64,000 bases of DNA from Gammaproteobacteria bacterium (GTDB taxonomy: Bacteria > Pseudomonadota > Gammaproteobacteria > Eutrophobiales > Eutrophobiaceae): the NCBI GenBank assembly GCA_965243205.1, contig CBDEUK010000002.1, positions 896,001 to 960,000 of the forward strand, given 5' to 3'. A model generated the notes under the pieces. The model did not search any database. It saw only the letters and a program-made list of their open reading frames with translations, and had not been told where the DNA came from. Position numbers and translations under genes: made by a program. Of this stretch, positions 19,031 through 29,205 are shown in pieces; the stretch's first letter is position 1; each line of letters starts with the position of its first letter.

Positions 19031-20497
19031 TTAAAATCGAAAAATATATTTAATCGGTCTAATAATAATGAAATCAATAATATAATAGATAAATAAAACA
19101 ATAGCTTTGAGTATTTTATATATCCCAATCAAGCAGAATAATAAAAAGCAGAATGAGCCTGCTATAGGTAAAAACAAAAATAAGAAAAGCGTCCTATGGA
19201 TAAACCATAAACAATAATAAATAAAACTGTTTGAGTATTGTCCTTTTAACTTTAAAAACCAAATCTTATTCCATATTTCAAAACTGAATGACAAACAAAT
19301 CAAGCCTGATATAAATGAAATGATAAAATATAATGAAACATCTGAAGGAATATTTGGAAAAATTCTTCTATCTAATTCTTTAGAGCGTTCTTGATCCGGT
19401 CGGATAATTTGTATAGATCGCAATGATAAATCTGCAAGAGTATGTGTCACTTCGAGAGCACTTACATCATCGCTCAAAACTGTATGTTCTGGAAGTGGTT
19501 CAGAAAATTTCGCTTCTATTAAGGTTTGCGATTGGCCTGAAGGGTGTATTTCAACATCAACTGAACGTTTTTTATCTAATAGCTTTTGAAAAAAATCATT
19601 GGTATTAAAATGCATAAAGTTGTTTGCATATTGCTCTTTCAAATGTTTCGTCATTTTTTTAATCGAAGATTGATTTTGAGCATCCAGAATGACTAAGTTA
19701 ATATCGTTTTTTTCTGCGATCGTTTTCAAATTTGAAATTGAGACTGCTTTAGAGTTTTTACCAGCGACAGATATTGAATCACCAACTATGTTTGACGGTA
19801 TCACCACCGTTTGAAAACGAAACTTCTGTAGATCCCTTTCAAGATCGTCTATATGAACATCATAGCTATTTACAGTATCATTTAATTTTTTTGTTTTAAC
19901 CGAACCACTTGTTTTAAGGGAGAGTATATTTACAGGTTGAGATGACCACGGACGTTGAAGATGCCAAAGATTTTTTTTGAGAGCATCTAAATTTTTTACC
20001 GTTAAACTAATATTGTTTTTGCCAATGCGCCATGTATCTGTTTTTGTTAATTCATATAAAATATTGTTATCTTTTATATAAATAGGAATATCTTTAGGTA
20101 AATTATCGAATGAATTTAATGAATTAGGTAATCGATATTTATCTATCACAAGAACTGCTTTTTGGCCTTGAGGAATTGCAGTAGAAAAACCATTTATAGC
20201 ATCTGATTGGCGAATTATCGCATTGTCAGGAGATTTGAAATTCCAATTCCCATTACTGTCAGCGGTTGCATGAACCACAAAAGCCTGTTGATTATCTGGT
20301 AAATCAAAATCCAGTTTATTAATCGCCAAACCATCGACATCTAACTTGCTCAGAGAACCTGCATCATCGACATCTGCTTTTTTACCTGCTTTCGAAAGCC
20401 CTTTTAATATAGAGAAAATACCCGCCTCTGAAGAAAGTGGTATAAGCAAACATAAGATAAGAACACTTTTGAAAGAGATAAGTCTTTGTTGATTCAA
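19031..20497 (-). CDS. Hypothetical protein with signal peptide and C-terminal transmembrane segments
   Basis: 488-aa ORF; hydrophobic, aromatic-rich C-terminal ~100 aa. Confidence 0.7.
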   Translation of the reverse strand: MNQQRLISFKSVLILCLLIPLSSEAGIFSILKGLSKAGKKADVDDAGSLSKLDVDGLAINKLDFDLPDNQQAFVVHATADSNGNWNFKSPDNAIIRQSDAINGFSTAIPQGQKAVLVIDKYRLPNSLNSFDNLPKDIPIYIKDNNILYELTKTDTWRIGKNNISLTVKNLDALKKNLWHLQRPWSSQPVNILSLKTSGSVKTKKLNDTVNSYDVHIDDLERDLQKFRFQTVVIPSNIVGDSISVAGKNSKAVSISNLKTIAEKNDINLVILDAQNQSSIKKMTKHLKEQYANNFMHFNTNDFFQKLLDKKRSVDVEIHPSGQSQTLIEAKFSEPLPEHTVLSDDVSALEVTHTLADLSLRSIQIIRPDQERSKELDRRIFPNIPSDVSLYFIISFISGLICLSFSFEIWNKIWFLKLKGQYSNSFIYYCLWFIHRTLFLFLFLPIAGSFCFLLFCLIGIYKILKAIVLFIYYIIDFIIIRPIKYIFRF

Positions 20498-20621
20498 CTT
20501 TATACATGCTCCGTCAATTAATTAAAATAATTTAGTATAGCTAAAAATAATTAATTCGCTAAAACAATAAAAATATTATGACAGAGTTTTCTAATCTAGA
20601 GAGGTAGGATTTAATATAACT

Positions 20622-21596
20622 TTATTCTTTCGAGCGTTTCTGTTGATACATATCTGTATCAGCTCGGCTAATTAATTCTTCCAAATCATATTCTGTATTT
20701 GGTTCTACATAGGCCTGGCCTATGCTCATCGTAAAACATGTTTCATTAGACTTACCAATACAAATAGATCCACTAAGCCGTTCAATAATAGTAGATACTT
20801 CATCTTGATCATTCGTTAAACAAAATATCGCAAATTCATCGCCGCCAATCCTTGCAGCTAAATCATATTCCCTGATAGTGTCTTTAATAAACATTGCAGC
20901 TTTAACTAACGCCATATCACCTATTTTATGGCCAAGGGAATCATTGATATTTTTCAATTTATCAACATCGCAAAATAGAATAATAATGCTTTGCTCTATT
21001 CGCTTTGCCAAAGCAATTTTCTTTTTTGCTAAGCTAAGGAAGCCTCTACGATTGTATAAGCCTGTAAGCTCATCCGTTATAGATAGCTTTTCAAGTTTGG
21101 TGTGCTGTACGAATAATTCAAGATCACGTTCAACCATCGCTGCGAACTCACCAACGAGATCAATATATTTTTGTTCATACTTAGTAACAGCAAAATCTAA
21201 AATGCAACAAGTACCAAACCTATCGCCATCAGGCCATCTAACAGGATAACCTAAATAAGTATTGAATTTGCCTTCCTTTGTTAAAGGATTATCTTTCCAT
21301 TCTGGACTAGCTTCAGCATGGCATTCATAAAGAAATGTTTGGCTATTAATAACTTTTGTGCAAAAAATATTAACTTCAGGTGGAAGGGTCAGTCCTGATT
21401 TATAAGGATTGGCTTCAGATTGGCTAGCAATAACAATTTGATAACCCTTATTGGTATATTGAAGGATAAAAGCCGCAGGCGCTTCGCAAACATCACCCAT
21501 TAGATTAATGGTGTGTTGCCACCTATCCAAATCAATAAATGTATTATTTGAGGTAAGAATCCATTCTTCTTTATCAACAATTTCTTGATGATTCAT
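20622..21596 (-). CDS. GAF-GGDEF diguanylate cyclase
   Basis: YLGYPVRWPDGDRFGTCC GAF motif; DELTGLYNRR and RIGGDEF. Confidence 0.9.
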   Translation of the reverse strand: MNHQEIVDKEEWILTSNNTFIDLDRWQHTINLMGDVCEAPAAFILQYTNKGYQIVIASQSEANPYKSGLTLPPEVNIFCTKVINSQTFLYECHAEASPEWKDNPLTKEGKFNTYLGYPVRWPDGDRFGTCCILDFAVTKYEQKYIDLVGEFAAMVERDLELFVQHTKLEKLSITDELTGLYNRRGFLSLAKKKIALAKRIEQSIIILFCDVDKLKNINDSLGHKIGDMALVKAAMFIKDTIREYDLAARIGGDEFAIFCLTNDQDEVSTIIERLSGSICIGKSNETCFTMSIGQAYVEPNTEYDLEELISRADTDMYQQKRSKE

Positions 21597-21936
21597 AAAG
21601 AAAAATATTCCTACTTTAGAGTTTTTATTGAAACTAGGCCTTGAATATCAAGGTTTTAGCTATTCAAACTACTATTCAGAATTACTACGTTGTCAATTAT
21701 ACATCACATAATTTGACTAAACATGATTTTTATTGGGTTACATATTAGTAACCATATACACCGCCTAAAATATTGCATAATGAAACACTAGAAATGTATT
21801 TTAGGAAAAGGTTAGGGATTTGTAACTAAAGATTATTAATTATATTGCTAACTGTAATAATAAAATAATACAAAAGTACTATAAATAAAGGCTTCCATTA
21901 GCCTCTAAAAGAACCATCACGAATATTTATCGATTT

Positions 21937-22464
21937 CTAATCATCTAAAACACCAAATATTTGGTGGTAGATTGCAGCAGAAATATGAATGGCAAATAAT
22001 GGGTATATCATGAATGAAATAAAAGCATGAAGATTCACAGCAATATTTTCAATAAAAACATTTTTTAATATCAACGACTCAAACTTGACCAGGTTAAAAA
22101 TATTAAAAGATTCCCCATTAAAAAATATTGTAATAATACCTGCTAAACATTGAATAATAAGAATTAGATAAATACAACGATGCAACGATTTCGCGAGTAT
22201 TTTTTGCCAAGACTGAATTTCATAAGAATCTATCGGATTTAAGTTATTAACTCGCCATGTAAAGCGAGTAAGCATAAGCAACAAAAAGAGCAGGCCAATT
22301 GATGAATGAGTATTAATTAAATCCTTTTTTTCTTGACCACCTAACATATCTTCAAATTGACCGGCTATTAAAATAAGGGTTACTAGTAAAATAACACTCG
22401 TCCAATGTAATAACCTACCAATAAGTCCATATTGCGTTTGTGAATTTTTAAACTGTAACCCCAT
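21937..22464 (-). CDS. Cytochrome b561 family protein
   Basis: LLHW, THSSIG, LH and HISAAIYH heme-ligand pattern across 4 TM segments. Confidence 0.82.
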   Translation of the reverse strand: MGLQFKNSQTQYGLIGRLLHWTSVILLVTLILIAGQFEDMLGGQEKKDLINTHSSIGLLFLLLMLTRFTWRVNNLNPIDSYEIQSWQKILAKSLHRCIYLILIIQCLAGIITIFFNGESFNIFNLVKFESLILKNVFIENIAVNLHAFISFMIYPLFAIHISAAIYHQIFGVLDD

Positions 22465-22485
22465 ATTTAGTAATCGTTTTATTTA

Positions 22486-22899
22486 TTAATTTTTAAGTGA
22501 ATACCTAAAAACTTTAATGGCAGCCATCCCATAACCAAATGTTGTTAGTGTAATACTGGTTAATACTATCGGCATCATTATTGGAATTTGAGCATTATCG
22601 GTTAATGAACCTATTAAAAATAATGTAGGATTTCCAATTGACCCGATAGCCATCGGCCAAAGAACATATTTCGGTAAGGTTATTTTTGAAGCATAAAAGC
22701 CAAGTAATAACATCGTCATCATCAGAAAATCTAAATGAGAAGATAATAAAGCATCAGTGTCTTTAAATATCTCCAAGAAAAATGGAATCTTCATTGGAAT
22801 AGTAAAAGTAAGACACCAAGCTAATACTAAAGCAATAAGCATAGTAATACTTGCGGTTCTAAGTAAAATTACATTCCCAGCATGTTTATCATCGGACAT
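22486..22899 (-). CDS. Hypothetical 4-TM membrane protein
   Basis: Hydrophobic 137-aa ORF with RBS GAGGAG; SHLDFLMM and GNP motifs. Confidence 0.7.
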   Translation of the reverse strand: MSDDKHAGNVILLRTASITMLIALVLAWCLTFTIPMKIPFFLEIFKDTDALLSSHLDFLMMTMLLLGFYASKITLPKYVLWPMAIGSIGNPTLFLIGSLTDNAQIPIMMPIVLTSITLTTFGYGMAAIKVFRYSLKN

Positions 22900-22954
22900 C
22901 TTTGTTCTCCTCTGCTATTTTTATAAAACTAAATTCAATCTTGGTTTTGTTACT

Positions 22955-23398
22955 TTAAAAAAGTTGTCGCAACTGGTGTTGGTTTACGCCTGAACTAAGC
23001 ATCTCTTTCATTCTAAACTCTGCTTTGCTATGCCCTTGTCTGGCAGCTTGCACAAATAACTCAAACGCTTTCTCTACATCTTTTTCAACACCGATGCCTT
23101 CAGAGTACATAAGAGCAAGGTTGTATTTGCCAGGGGCATAATCTTTTTCAACAGCGGCTTCATAAAAACGAATAGCCTTAGCAATATCTTTATCAACACC
23201 CAAGCCAATCTGATACATCACACCTAAATGAGTGAGCGCACTAGGATTACCTTGCTCGGCTAATAGCTCGAATTGCACTTTGGCATTCTCAAAATCACCC
23301 TTTTGGTAAGCCTCATAAGGGTCTTTTTCCTGTGAGCAGGCCGTACAAAGCCCAAACATAGCTATATAAGCTATTGTTTTTAAATAAATTGATTCCAC
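22955..23398 (-). CDS. Sel1-repeat lipoprotein
   Basis: Lipobox-like CTAC; LAEQG..A...LGVMY..G.GV.KD repeats. Confidence 0.85.
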   Translation of the reverse strand: MESIYLKTIAYIAMFGLCTACSQEKDPYEAYQKGDFENAKVQFELLAEQGNPSALTHLGVMYQIGLGVDKDIAKAIRFYEAAVEKDYAPGKYNLALMYSEGIGVEKDVEKAFELFVQAARQGHSKAEFRMKEMLSSGVNQHQLRQLF

Positions 23399-23459
23399 TT
23401 GTTTACTGCTGATAAAATTAGTCTTAACTTTATTTACTCATTGGGTTTCAATTCTATCC

Positions 23460-24260
23460 ATGTTGATCAATCAAGAATTGTATAAAGTGGCTACACCAAG
23501 CACGAAGTATCCTTTCCGGGTGAATCTGTTTATGTGGCCGAATCGAACCTTATTCTTTGGGCCACTTAATCATCTCGGTTTACATTGTTTGGGATCAATT
23601 AATATTAAGATTGGGCTATATCAACCCTTCTTGATGCGAACCAGAAATGGTTCGTTCAAATCCTACCGATGCGTCATCATTCCAGCAGGTTATGAACATG
23701 AAGTGTTTGCATTTGGTAGTCCCATCGCTAGTCTAACGGTTGAAAGAAACTCATCTTACTTTACAAAAATCAGCTACCAAGCATCCTCTCAATCATGTTA
23801 TTTAAAAAACATTGAAGACCAACAATGGGTTGATACTTTTCAACGAATCTATGAAGAAAAAATATCAAAAGAAGAAATAAATCGATTAATTACGCAGTTA
23901 TTGAATTTTAATAATAAATCAAATGACCATATCGATCCGCGCATTAGTAATATTATCAATACAATACGTGAAGATAGTGAATACGATTATAGCCAGGAAC
24001 AACTTGCCGCATCAGAAGGACTCTCTTCTTCACGCTTTCGACATATATTTCGAGAACAATTCAATGTTCCATTTCGTCATTATAAAGTATGGCGCAAAGT
24101 GATTACGGCATTGAATAGTCTTTATAGCGTCGATAACTTAACCCATGCTGCAATGGAAGCTGGCTTTACCGACTCAGCACACTTGAACCGTTGCTTTAGA
24201 AATATCCTGGGTAAAAATCCATCACATATCTTCAGGAACATGGATCGCTTTGAAATTTGA
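23460..24260 (+). CDS. AraC-family transcriptional regulator
   Basis: LSSSRFRHIFRE and AAMEAGFTDSAHLNR motifs. Confidence 0.88.
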   Translation: MLINQELYKVATPSTKYPFRVNLFMWPNRTLFFGPLNHLGLHCLGSINIKIGLYQPFLMRTRNGSFKSYRCVIIPAGYEHEVFAFGSPIASLTVERNSSYFTKISYQASSQSCYLKNIEDQQWVDTFQRIYEEKISKEEINRLITQLLNFNNKSNDHIDPRISNIINTIREDSEYDYSQEQLAASEGLSSSRFRHIFREQFNVPFRHYKVWRKVITALNSLYSVDNLTHAAMEAGFTDSAHLNRCFRNILGKNPSHIFRNMDRFEI

Positions 24261-24308
24261 AGAGTTTAAAACTTTATTAAGCTAGTGGATATAATTAATA
24301 CCCTAACC

Positions 24309-25127
24309 CTATTTCCTTGCAACTCCTATCAAAGCATCTGCTGTAAGTTCGCTTTGCATTGTTCCAATTTCCTGTTTTAAAAATGTGATTGCTTGTTGGT
24401 TTTTCTCTTCCCATTGCTCAGGTGTTAGTGTTTGTTTGTATAAAACAATTGGTAAACTACCTCTTACCATCGTATCCCAAAACTCTTCGACCGTTTTTAC
24501 TGGGAAGCTTTTAGTGACTAAAGAAACATCGATGTTATTAAACCCTGATTGAGACATTTCATCTTCAAACACTTCTTTACTATCTAATGAAACAATCGAC
24601 TTATCAGGTTCTGGCATATCAGGATTAATCTCCTTTAATGTACCAAACATAACTCGCATCGCGGGTGACTGTTCTATCGGTGCCCAACTGGCAACAACGG
24701 TGCAAGCACCAGGCTTTAATACACGATGTAATTCAGAGAATCCTCTAATGCGATCAGGGAAAAACATTAAACCAAACATAGAGAACGCAGCATCAAAACT
24801 ATTATCTTGAAACGTTAGTGTCTGACCATCTCCAACATGAGTAGTGATATTACGTATCTTTTGATTTTGAATTTCTTTATTTAAATGACTAATCATGTTT
24901 TCGGAAAAATCAATAGCTGTTACATGAGTAACTTGATCCGATACCATCAATGAAAGTGTTCCAGGGCCACATGCAACATCGATAATCGAATCATCTTCTT
25001 TTAGTGAGGCCATGTTAATGGCCTCACGTGAATATTCACTTAAAGAAAACATCGTTGTTTCAACGTACCCATCAGCAACAAGATTCCAGGAATCAGAATG
25101 GCTAAAAGGGTTTGAGATTTGATTCAT
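24309..25127 (-). CDS. Class I SAM-dependent methyltransferase
   Basis: IDVACGPG, IDFS, FDAAFSMFG and RVLKPG motifs. Confidence 0.88.
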   Translation of the reverse strand: MNQISNPFSHSDSWNLVADGYVETTMFSLSEYSREAINMASLKEDDSIIDVACGPGTLSLMVSDQVTHVTAIDFSENMISHLNKEIQNQKIRNITTHVGDGQTLTFQDNSFDAAFSMFGLMFFPDRIRGFSELHRVLKPGACTVVASWAPIEQSPAMRVMFGTLKEINPDMPEPDKSIVSLDSKEVFEDEMSQSGFNNIDVSLVTKSFPVKTVEEFWDTMVRGSLPIVLYKQTLTPEQWEEKNQQAITFLKQEIGTMQSELTADALIGVARK

Positions 25128-25193
25128 ACTTATTCCTTATTTATTTTTTATATGTCGAAGATATTAAAAAATATAATACTCCGACACTTTATT

Positions 25194-26621
25194 TCACACC
25201 TGTACTTCTTTCCAACGACCTTTTCGAAATACAACGTAAGCAATGATTGCGACTAATGATTCCGCAACAGTAATTGAAATAAACACACCTTGTGGACCAA
25301 TATCAAATATAACTGCCAACGAATAAGCCAATGGAATTTGTAACACCCAAAAACAAAAAAAGTTGATGATCGTTGGCGTCATCGTATCACCCGCACCATT
25401 GAATGCTTGAGTCAGAATCATAGACATAGCAAAAAAACCATAACCGTAACTAATATAACGTAGGCAATCACTGCCATACTGAATAACAGTTGGATCATTA
25501 GAAAACAGACTAATGATCGATTCTGCAAACAGAATAAATGGAATCGCAACTCCTACTAGAAAACAAGTACTGTATTTCGTTGTCTTCCAAACCGATTGTT
25601 CAGCTCGCTCTGGTTTGCCTGCACCAAGGTTTTGGCCAACTAACGTACTGGCTGCATTACTCATACCCCATGCAGGTAGAAAGGTTAGATCAATCACTCG
25701 AATTGCAATGGTATAACCTGCAATCGCTGCACTACCAAACGGCGCAACAATCTTCATTAAAACAACCCAACTGGCCGTAGCAATGAGAAACTGACCTACA
25801 CCACCTATGGAGAGTTTCAATAATTTAAACATTGTTTTAGTTTCAATACGTAAATGTCGCAGTTGTACTTTGACGCGTGTAGTACCATCGAACAAATGAT
25901 AAAGCTGATATAAAACACCAATGCCTCGTCCGATATTAGTTGCTACCGCTGCACCTGTCACACCCATCTCAGGAAAGAAACCAATGCCATAGATCAAACA
26001 TGGATCGAGAATGATATTGATCCCGTTCGCCAACCATAAAGACTTCATAGCAACTGCTGCATTACCAGCACCACGAAATATCGCATTTAATAGAAACAAA
26101 TAAACAATGGTGATCGAACTACCTAACATTATTGTTGTATAACCACTGCCCTGTTCAATCACTGCATCACTTGCTCCCATGAAACGCAAGATATCTTGTC
26201 CTAAGCTAATACCGATTACACCCACTACAATGGCAACGAATAAACCGATCCAGATCGTTTGTCCTGCAGCAACAGCAGCACCTTCTGGATTCTGTTCACC
26301 AATACGACGAGATACCATTGCTGTAACAGACATGCTTAAGCCAATTGCAACAGCATAAAGTAAAGTAATAACCGCTTCGGTTAAGCCGACTGTTGCAACT
26401 GCATCAGCTCCCAGACCTGAAACAAAATAAATATCGGTAATGGCAAAAATAGATTCCATCGCCATTTCCAACATCATAGGAATTGCTAATAAAAGAACGG
26501 CCCTACGAATCGAACCGTCGGTATAATCATGTTCCTTTCCAGCCAATGCTTCAGCAATCAATTGCATGCTGCGTTGGAATGACAAACGAAACTGATTAAT
26601 TTTTTCTTCAATATTTTTCAT
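25194..26621 (-). CDS. MATE-family efflux transporter
   Basis: LAIPMMLEM, RRIGE, NIILDP, GQNLGA and AFNGAGDT motifs; about 12 TM segments. Confidence 0.92.
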   Translation of the reverse strand: MKNIEEKINQFRLSFQRSMQLIAEALAGKEHDYTDGSIRRAVLLLAIPMMLEMAMESIFAITDIYFVSGLGADAVATVGLTEAVITLLYAVAIGLSMSVTAMVSRRIGEQNPEGAAVAAGQTIWIGLFVAIVVGVIGISLGQDILRFMGASDAVIEQGSGYTTIMLGSSITIVYLFLLNAIFRGAGNAAVAMKSLWLANGINIILDPCLIYGIGFFPEMGVTGAAVATNIGRGIGVLYQLYHLFDGTTRVKVQLRHLRIETKTMFKLLKLSIGGVGQFLIATASWVVLMKIVAPFGSAAIAGYTIAIRVIDLTFLPAWGMSNAASTLVGQNLGAGKPERAEQSVWKTTKYSTCFLVGVAIPFILFAESIISLFSNDPTVIQYGSDCLRYISYGYGFFAMSMILTQAFNGAGDTMTPTIINFFCFWVLQIPLAYSLAVIFDIGPQGVFISITVAESLVAIIAYVVFRKGRWKEVQV

Positions 26622-26725
26622 TACAAATACCCTGAAATCATAACGACATACGTCGTTTTAAAATAACTGTGTGAGGTTGGCGTATTGCGCCTTGAAGTGG
26701 TCGGCTTATAAAGCCTGATCCAGAA

Positions 26726-26830
26726 TCAAACGGTTGTTCGGATTCTTACCAGATCGACCAGGGAATTGAGCACGATCACAAACGAACGAAAGGAAACGCC
26801 GTTGATTAAATTGAATGTCATATGATTCAT
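26726..26830 (-). CDS. Putative leader peptide (34 aa) upstream of the MATE gene
   Basis: MNHMTFNLINGVSFRSFVIVLNSLVDLVRIRTTV*, between a sigma70-like promoter and the MATE start; homologous segment at 52757-52810. Confidence 0.55.
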   Translation of the reverse strand: MNHMTFNLINGVSFRSFVIVLNSLVDLVRIRTTV

Positions 26831-26864
26831 TGATCGTTAACTCAAAAGAATGAAAGTTACGAGA

Positions 26865-26892
26865 AGAATACGCCTTTCATACACTCTGTCAA
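26865..26892 (-). promoter_or_regulatory. Sigma70-type promoter for the leader/MATE transcript
   Basis: TTGACA-N16-TATTCT on the minus strand. Confidence 0.65.
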
Positions 26893-26906
26893 GAAATGTA
26901 TAAATT

Positions 26907-26941
26907 AAAAAAGCAAAGGGGGATGAGCAGCCCCCATTGCT
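26907..26941 (-). terminator. Rho-independent terminator after the molybdoenzyme gene
   Basis: GCAATGGGGG...CCCCCTTTGC-TTTTTT on the minus strand. Confidence 0.7.
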
Positions 26942-26962
26942 AAGCGAGGCTAGGGTTTGAGC

Positions 26963-29086
26963 CTAGGAGAGTTCTACTTGAACAAGATTATCGGAAAATG
27001 ATGGAGCGTGTCCCATATCAGTAAATTCAGCTGAGCTTATTGCATTCACCGTTCCATTATTTAACTGGCGCCAGTAACCTAACGTTGCAACTACTACACC
27101 TGGATTTACATCTGAAGTTATTTTTGCAACGCCTTCAAAATCACCACGCTCGTTGAATACGCGGACATTATCGCCCTGATTTATATTACGTGCTGAAGCA
27201 TCAACAGCATTTATCAATACAAACTGTTCACCTTGTCCTTTGATCTTATGTTCCATATTGGCATAACAAGAATTTAAAAAGCCATGGCTTTTAGGTGAAA
27301 CGATGTTAAGAGGAAATTTTTTCGCTTGCTCTGGGTTCGTTTCAGGACGTTCCCTTGGACCAACATAATCAGGAAGACTATCCAATGGTTCACCTGGTTG
27401 AAACGCTTCATACATTTGACGAAACGGCCCTGCGACAAAATTAGTAGCACCTTCAATTTCAAACTCACATTTACCTGATGGTGTTGGAAAATTACCTTCT
27501 TTGTGTGGACAACGATCGTCTTTTGTTCCAACATTTAAACGAGCAAAACCATTGTTTCGTAAATACTCTAAATCAATACCATCACATGCTGGTGAATCCC
27601 AATCGACAAAGTTTTCTAAACACTCAGAGTCAGACCACTTAAGACGATCTTCTTCATACCCCATTCTTTCTGCTAAGCGACGAAAAATTTCATTGTTTGG
27701 AATGGCTTCGCCTGGGGACTCAACACTCTTTGCGTTATACGTTAAATACAAATGTCCCCACGATAAAATAATATCTTCTAATTCAGCACCCATTGATGCA
27801 GGTAAAACAATGTCTGCATACGAAGCGGTATCCGATATAAAATGTTCTGCAGAAACTAAAAATAGATCTTCACGCATTAAACCTTTAACAATCTTATCTG
27901 CCTCAGGTGCTTGAGTCACTGGATTCGAGTTCCAACACATCATTGATTTAATCGGTGTATCTAATTCCATTTCACCTGTTAATGCCCTTCCAATTTGTAA
28001 GTTACTAACAACACGAGTTCCTTCAGGGATTAAATCAGGTCGACAAATAACATCAAACTTATAAGGATGTTCCCATACTGGGAATTGCGTTATGCCTCCA
28101 CCCACATGACGCCATGCACCTGTGAGAGCAGGGATACTAGTAACCGCGCGAATCGTTTGACCACCACCGTAATGACGTTCTAATGCAACGCCAATTCTAA
28201 TTGCAGCGGGTTGTTCAGTTGCCAGTTCTTTGGCAAATTTACGAATGTCTGCTGCAGGGATACCTGTAATTTCTTCTGCCCACTCTGGTGTACGATCACT
28301 TGCACGTTCTTTTAATGCTTCATAACCCTTGGTGTGATTCTGTACATAATCATGATCAACTAAGTCTTGTTCAATAAGACTATTGATAACCGCCATTGCT
28401 AATGCACCATCGGTACCTGGCTTAGGTGCAATGTGCCAATCAGCTTGCTTAGCGGTACGAGAAGCATAAGAATCGATAACAACAATCTTTGCGCCTTTTT
28501 TCTTAGCGTCTTGAACGATGTGCCAATGGTGTAAATTAGTACTGACACTATTGCATGCCCAAATCACAATGTATTTAGAATGCACATAACTTTCTGGATC
28601 AACACCCGCTGTAGGACCAACAGTTAATAACCAAGCGGTACACGATCCTTCACCACAAAAAGTGCGTTCACAAACGGTTGCTCCCATACGATTAAAAAAA
28701 GCATCGCCGCCATTTAAACCATGGACTAAACCTTGATGGCCTAAATAACTATAAGGAATGATTGCTTCTGGTCCGTATTCACTAATAATTGCTTTCCACT
28801 TATCAGTGATTTCATCTAAGGCTTCGTCCCAAGTAATGCGCTCGAATTGTTTACTGCCTTTAGGGCCAGTACGACGCATAGGGTACAGTAATCGATCAGG
28901 ATGATAGTGACGCTTCTCATAGTCTTTAAGTTTGACGCAAAGACCACCACGCGTCATAGGATGATCTTCATTACCACGTACACCGAGTACTTTGCCATCT
29001 TCAATGTCAAACACCATAGCGCAAGTATCTGGACAATCATGAGGACAGGCACCAAATGCTGTTTCTATTTTTGGATTAGACGCCAT
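26963..29086 (-). CDS. Molybdopterin (DMSO-reductase superfamily) oxidoreductase, cytoplasmic, with N-terminal 4Fe-4S cluster
   Basis: CPHDCPDTC...LCVK cluster motif; RITWDEALD; DTASYADIVLPA; C-terminal molydopterin-binding domain; no Tat signal. Confidence 0.9.
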   Translation of the reverse strand: MASNPKIETAFGACPHDCPDTCAMVFDIEDGKVLGVRGNEDHPMTRGGLCVKLKDYEKRHYHPDRLLYPMRRTGPKGSKQFERITWDEALDEITDKWKAIISEYGPEAIIPYSYLGHQGLVHGLNGGDAFFNRMGATVCERTFCGEGSCTAWLLTVGPTAGVDPESYVHSKYIVIWACNSVSTNLHHWHIVQDAKKKGAKIVVIDSYASRTAKQADWHIAPKPGTDGALAMAVINSLIEQDLVDHDYVQNHTKGYEALKERASDRTPEWAEEITGIPAADIRKFAKELATEQPAAIRIGVALERHYGGGQTIRAVTSIPALTGAWRHVGGGITQFPVWEHPYKFDVICRPDLIPEGTRVVSNLQIGRALTGEMELDTPIKSMMCWNSNPVTQAPEADKIVKGLMREDLFLVSAEHFISDTASYADIVLPASMGAELEDIILSWGHLYLTYNAKSVESPGEAIPNNEIFRRLAERMGYEEDRLKWSDSECLENFVDWDSPACDGIDLEYLRNNGFARLNVGTKDDRCPHKEGNFPTPSGKCEFEIEGATNFVAGPFRQMYEAFQPGEPLDSLPDYVGPRERPETNPEQAKKFPLNIVSPKSHGFLNSCYANMEHKIKGQGEQFVLINAVDASARNINQGDNVRVFNERGDFEGVAKITSDVNPGVVVATLGYWRQLNNGTVNAISSAEFTDMGHAPSFSDNLVQVELS

Positions 29087-29144
29087 CGATTCTCTCCTGA
29101 TTAAAATTATTTTTAAAATAGTAAACTACTATTTTAAAAAACAC

Positions 29145-29181
29145 TTAGTACCAATTAATGAAAATAGATTGGTACCAGTTT
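29145..29181. promoter_or_regulatory. Direct-repeat operator (putative MocR-family site) upstream of the molybdoenzyme
   Basis: TTAGTACCAATTA at 29145 and TTGGTACCAGTTT at 29169; 24-bp period. Confidence 0.65.
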
Positions 29182-29205
29182 TATCTCAGACATAGAACAT
29201 TACAT

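Noticed and set aside
26790-26815. AATCAACGGCG on the minus strand (also near 52790-52805) resembles the 3' pseudoknot strand of SAH riboswitches
   Set aside because: The required upstream GAGGxGCGCTGC...AGGCTC core is absent in both copies, and the promoter leaves no room for it.
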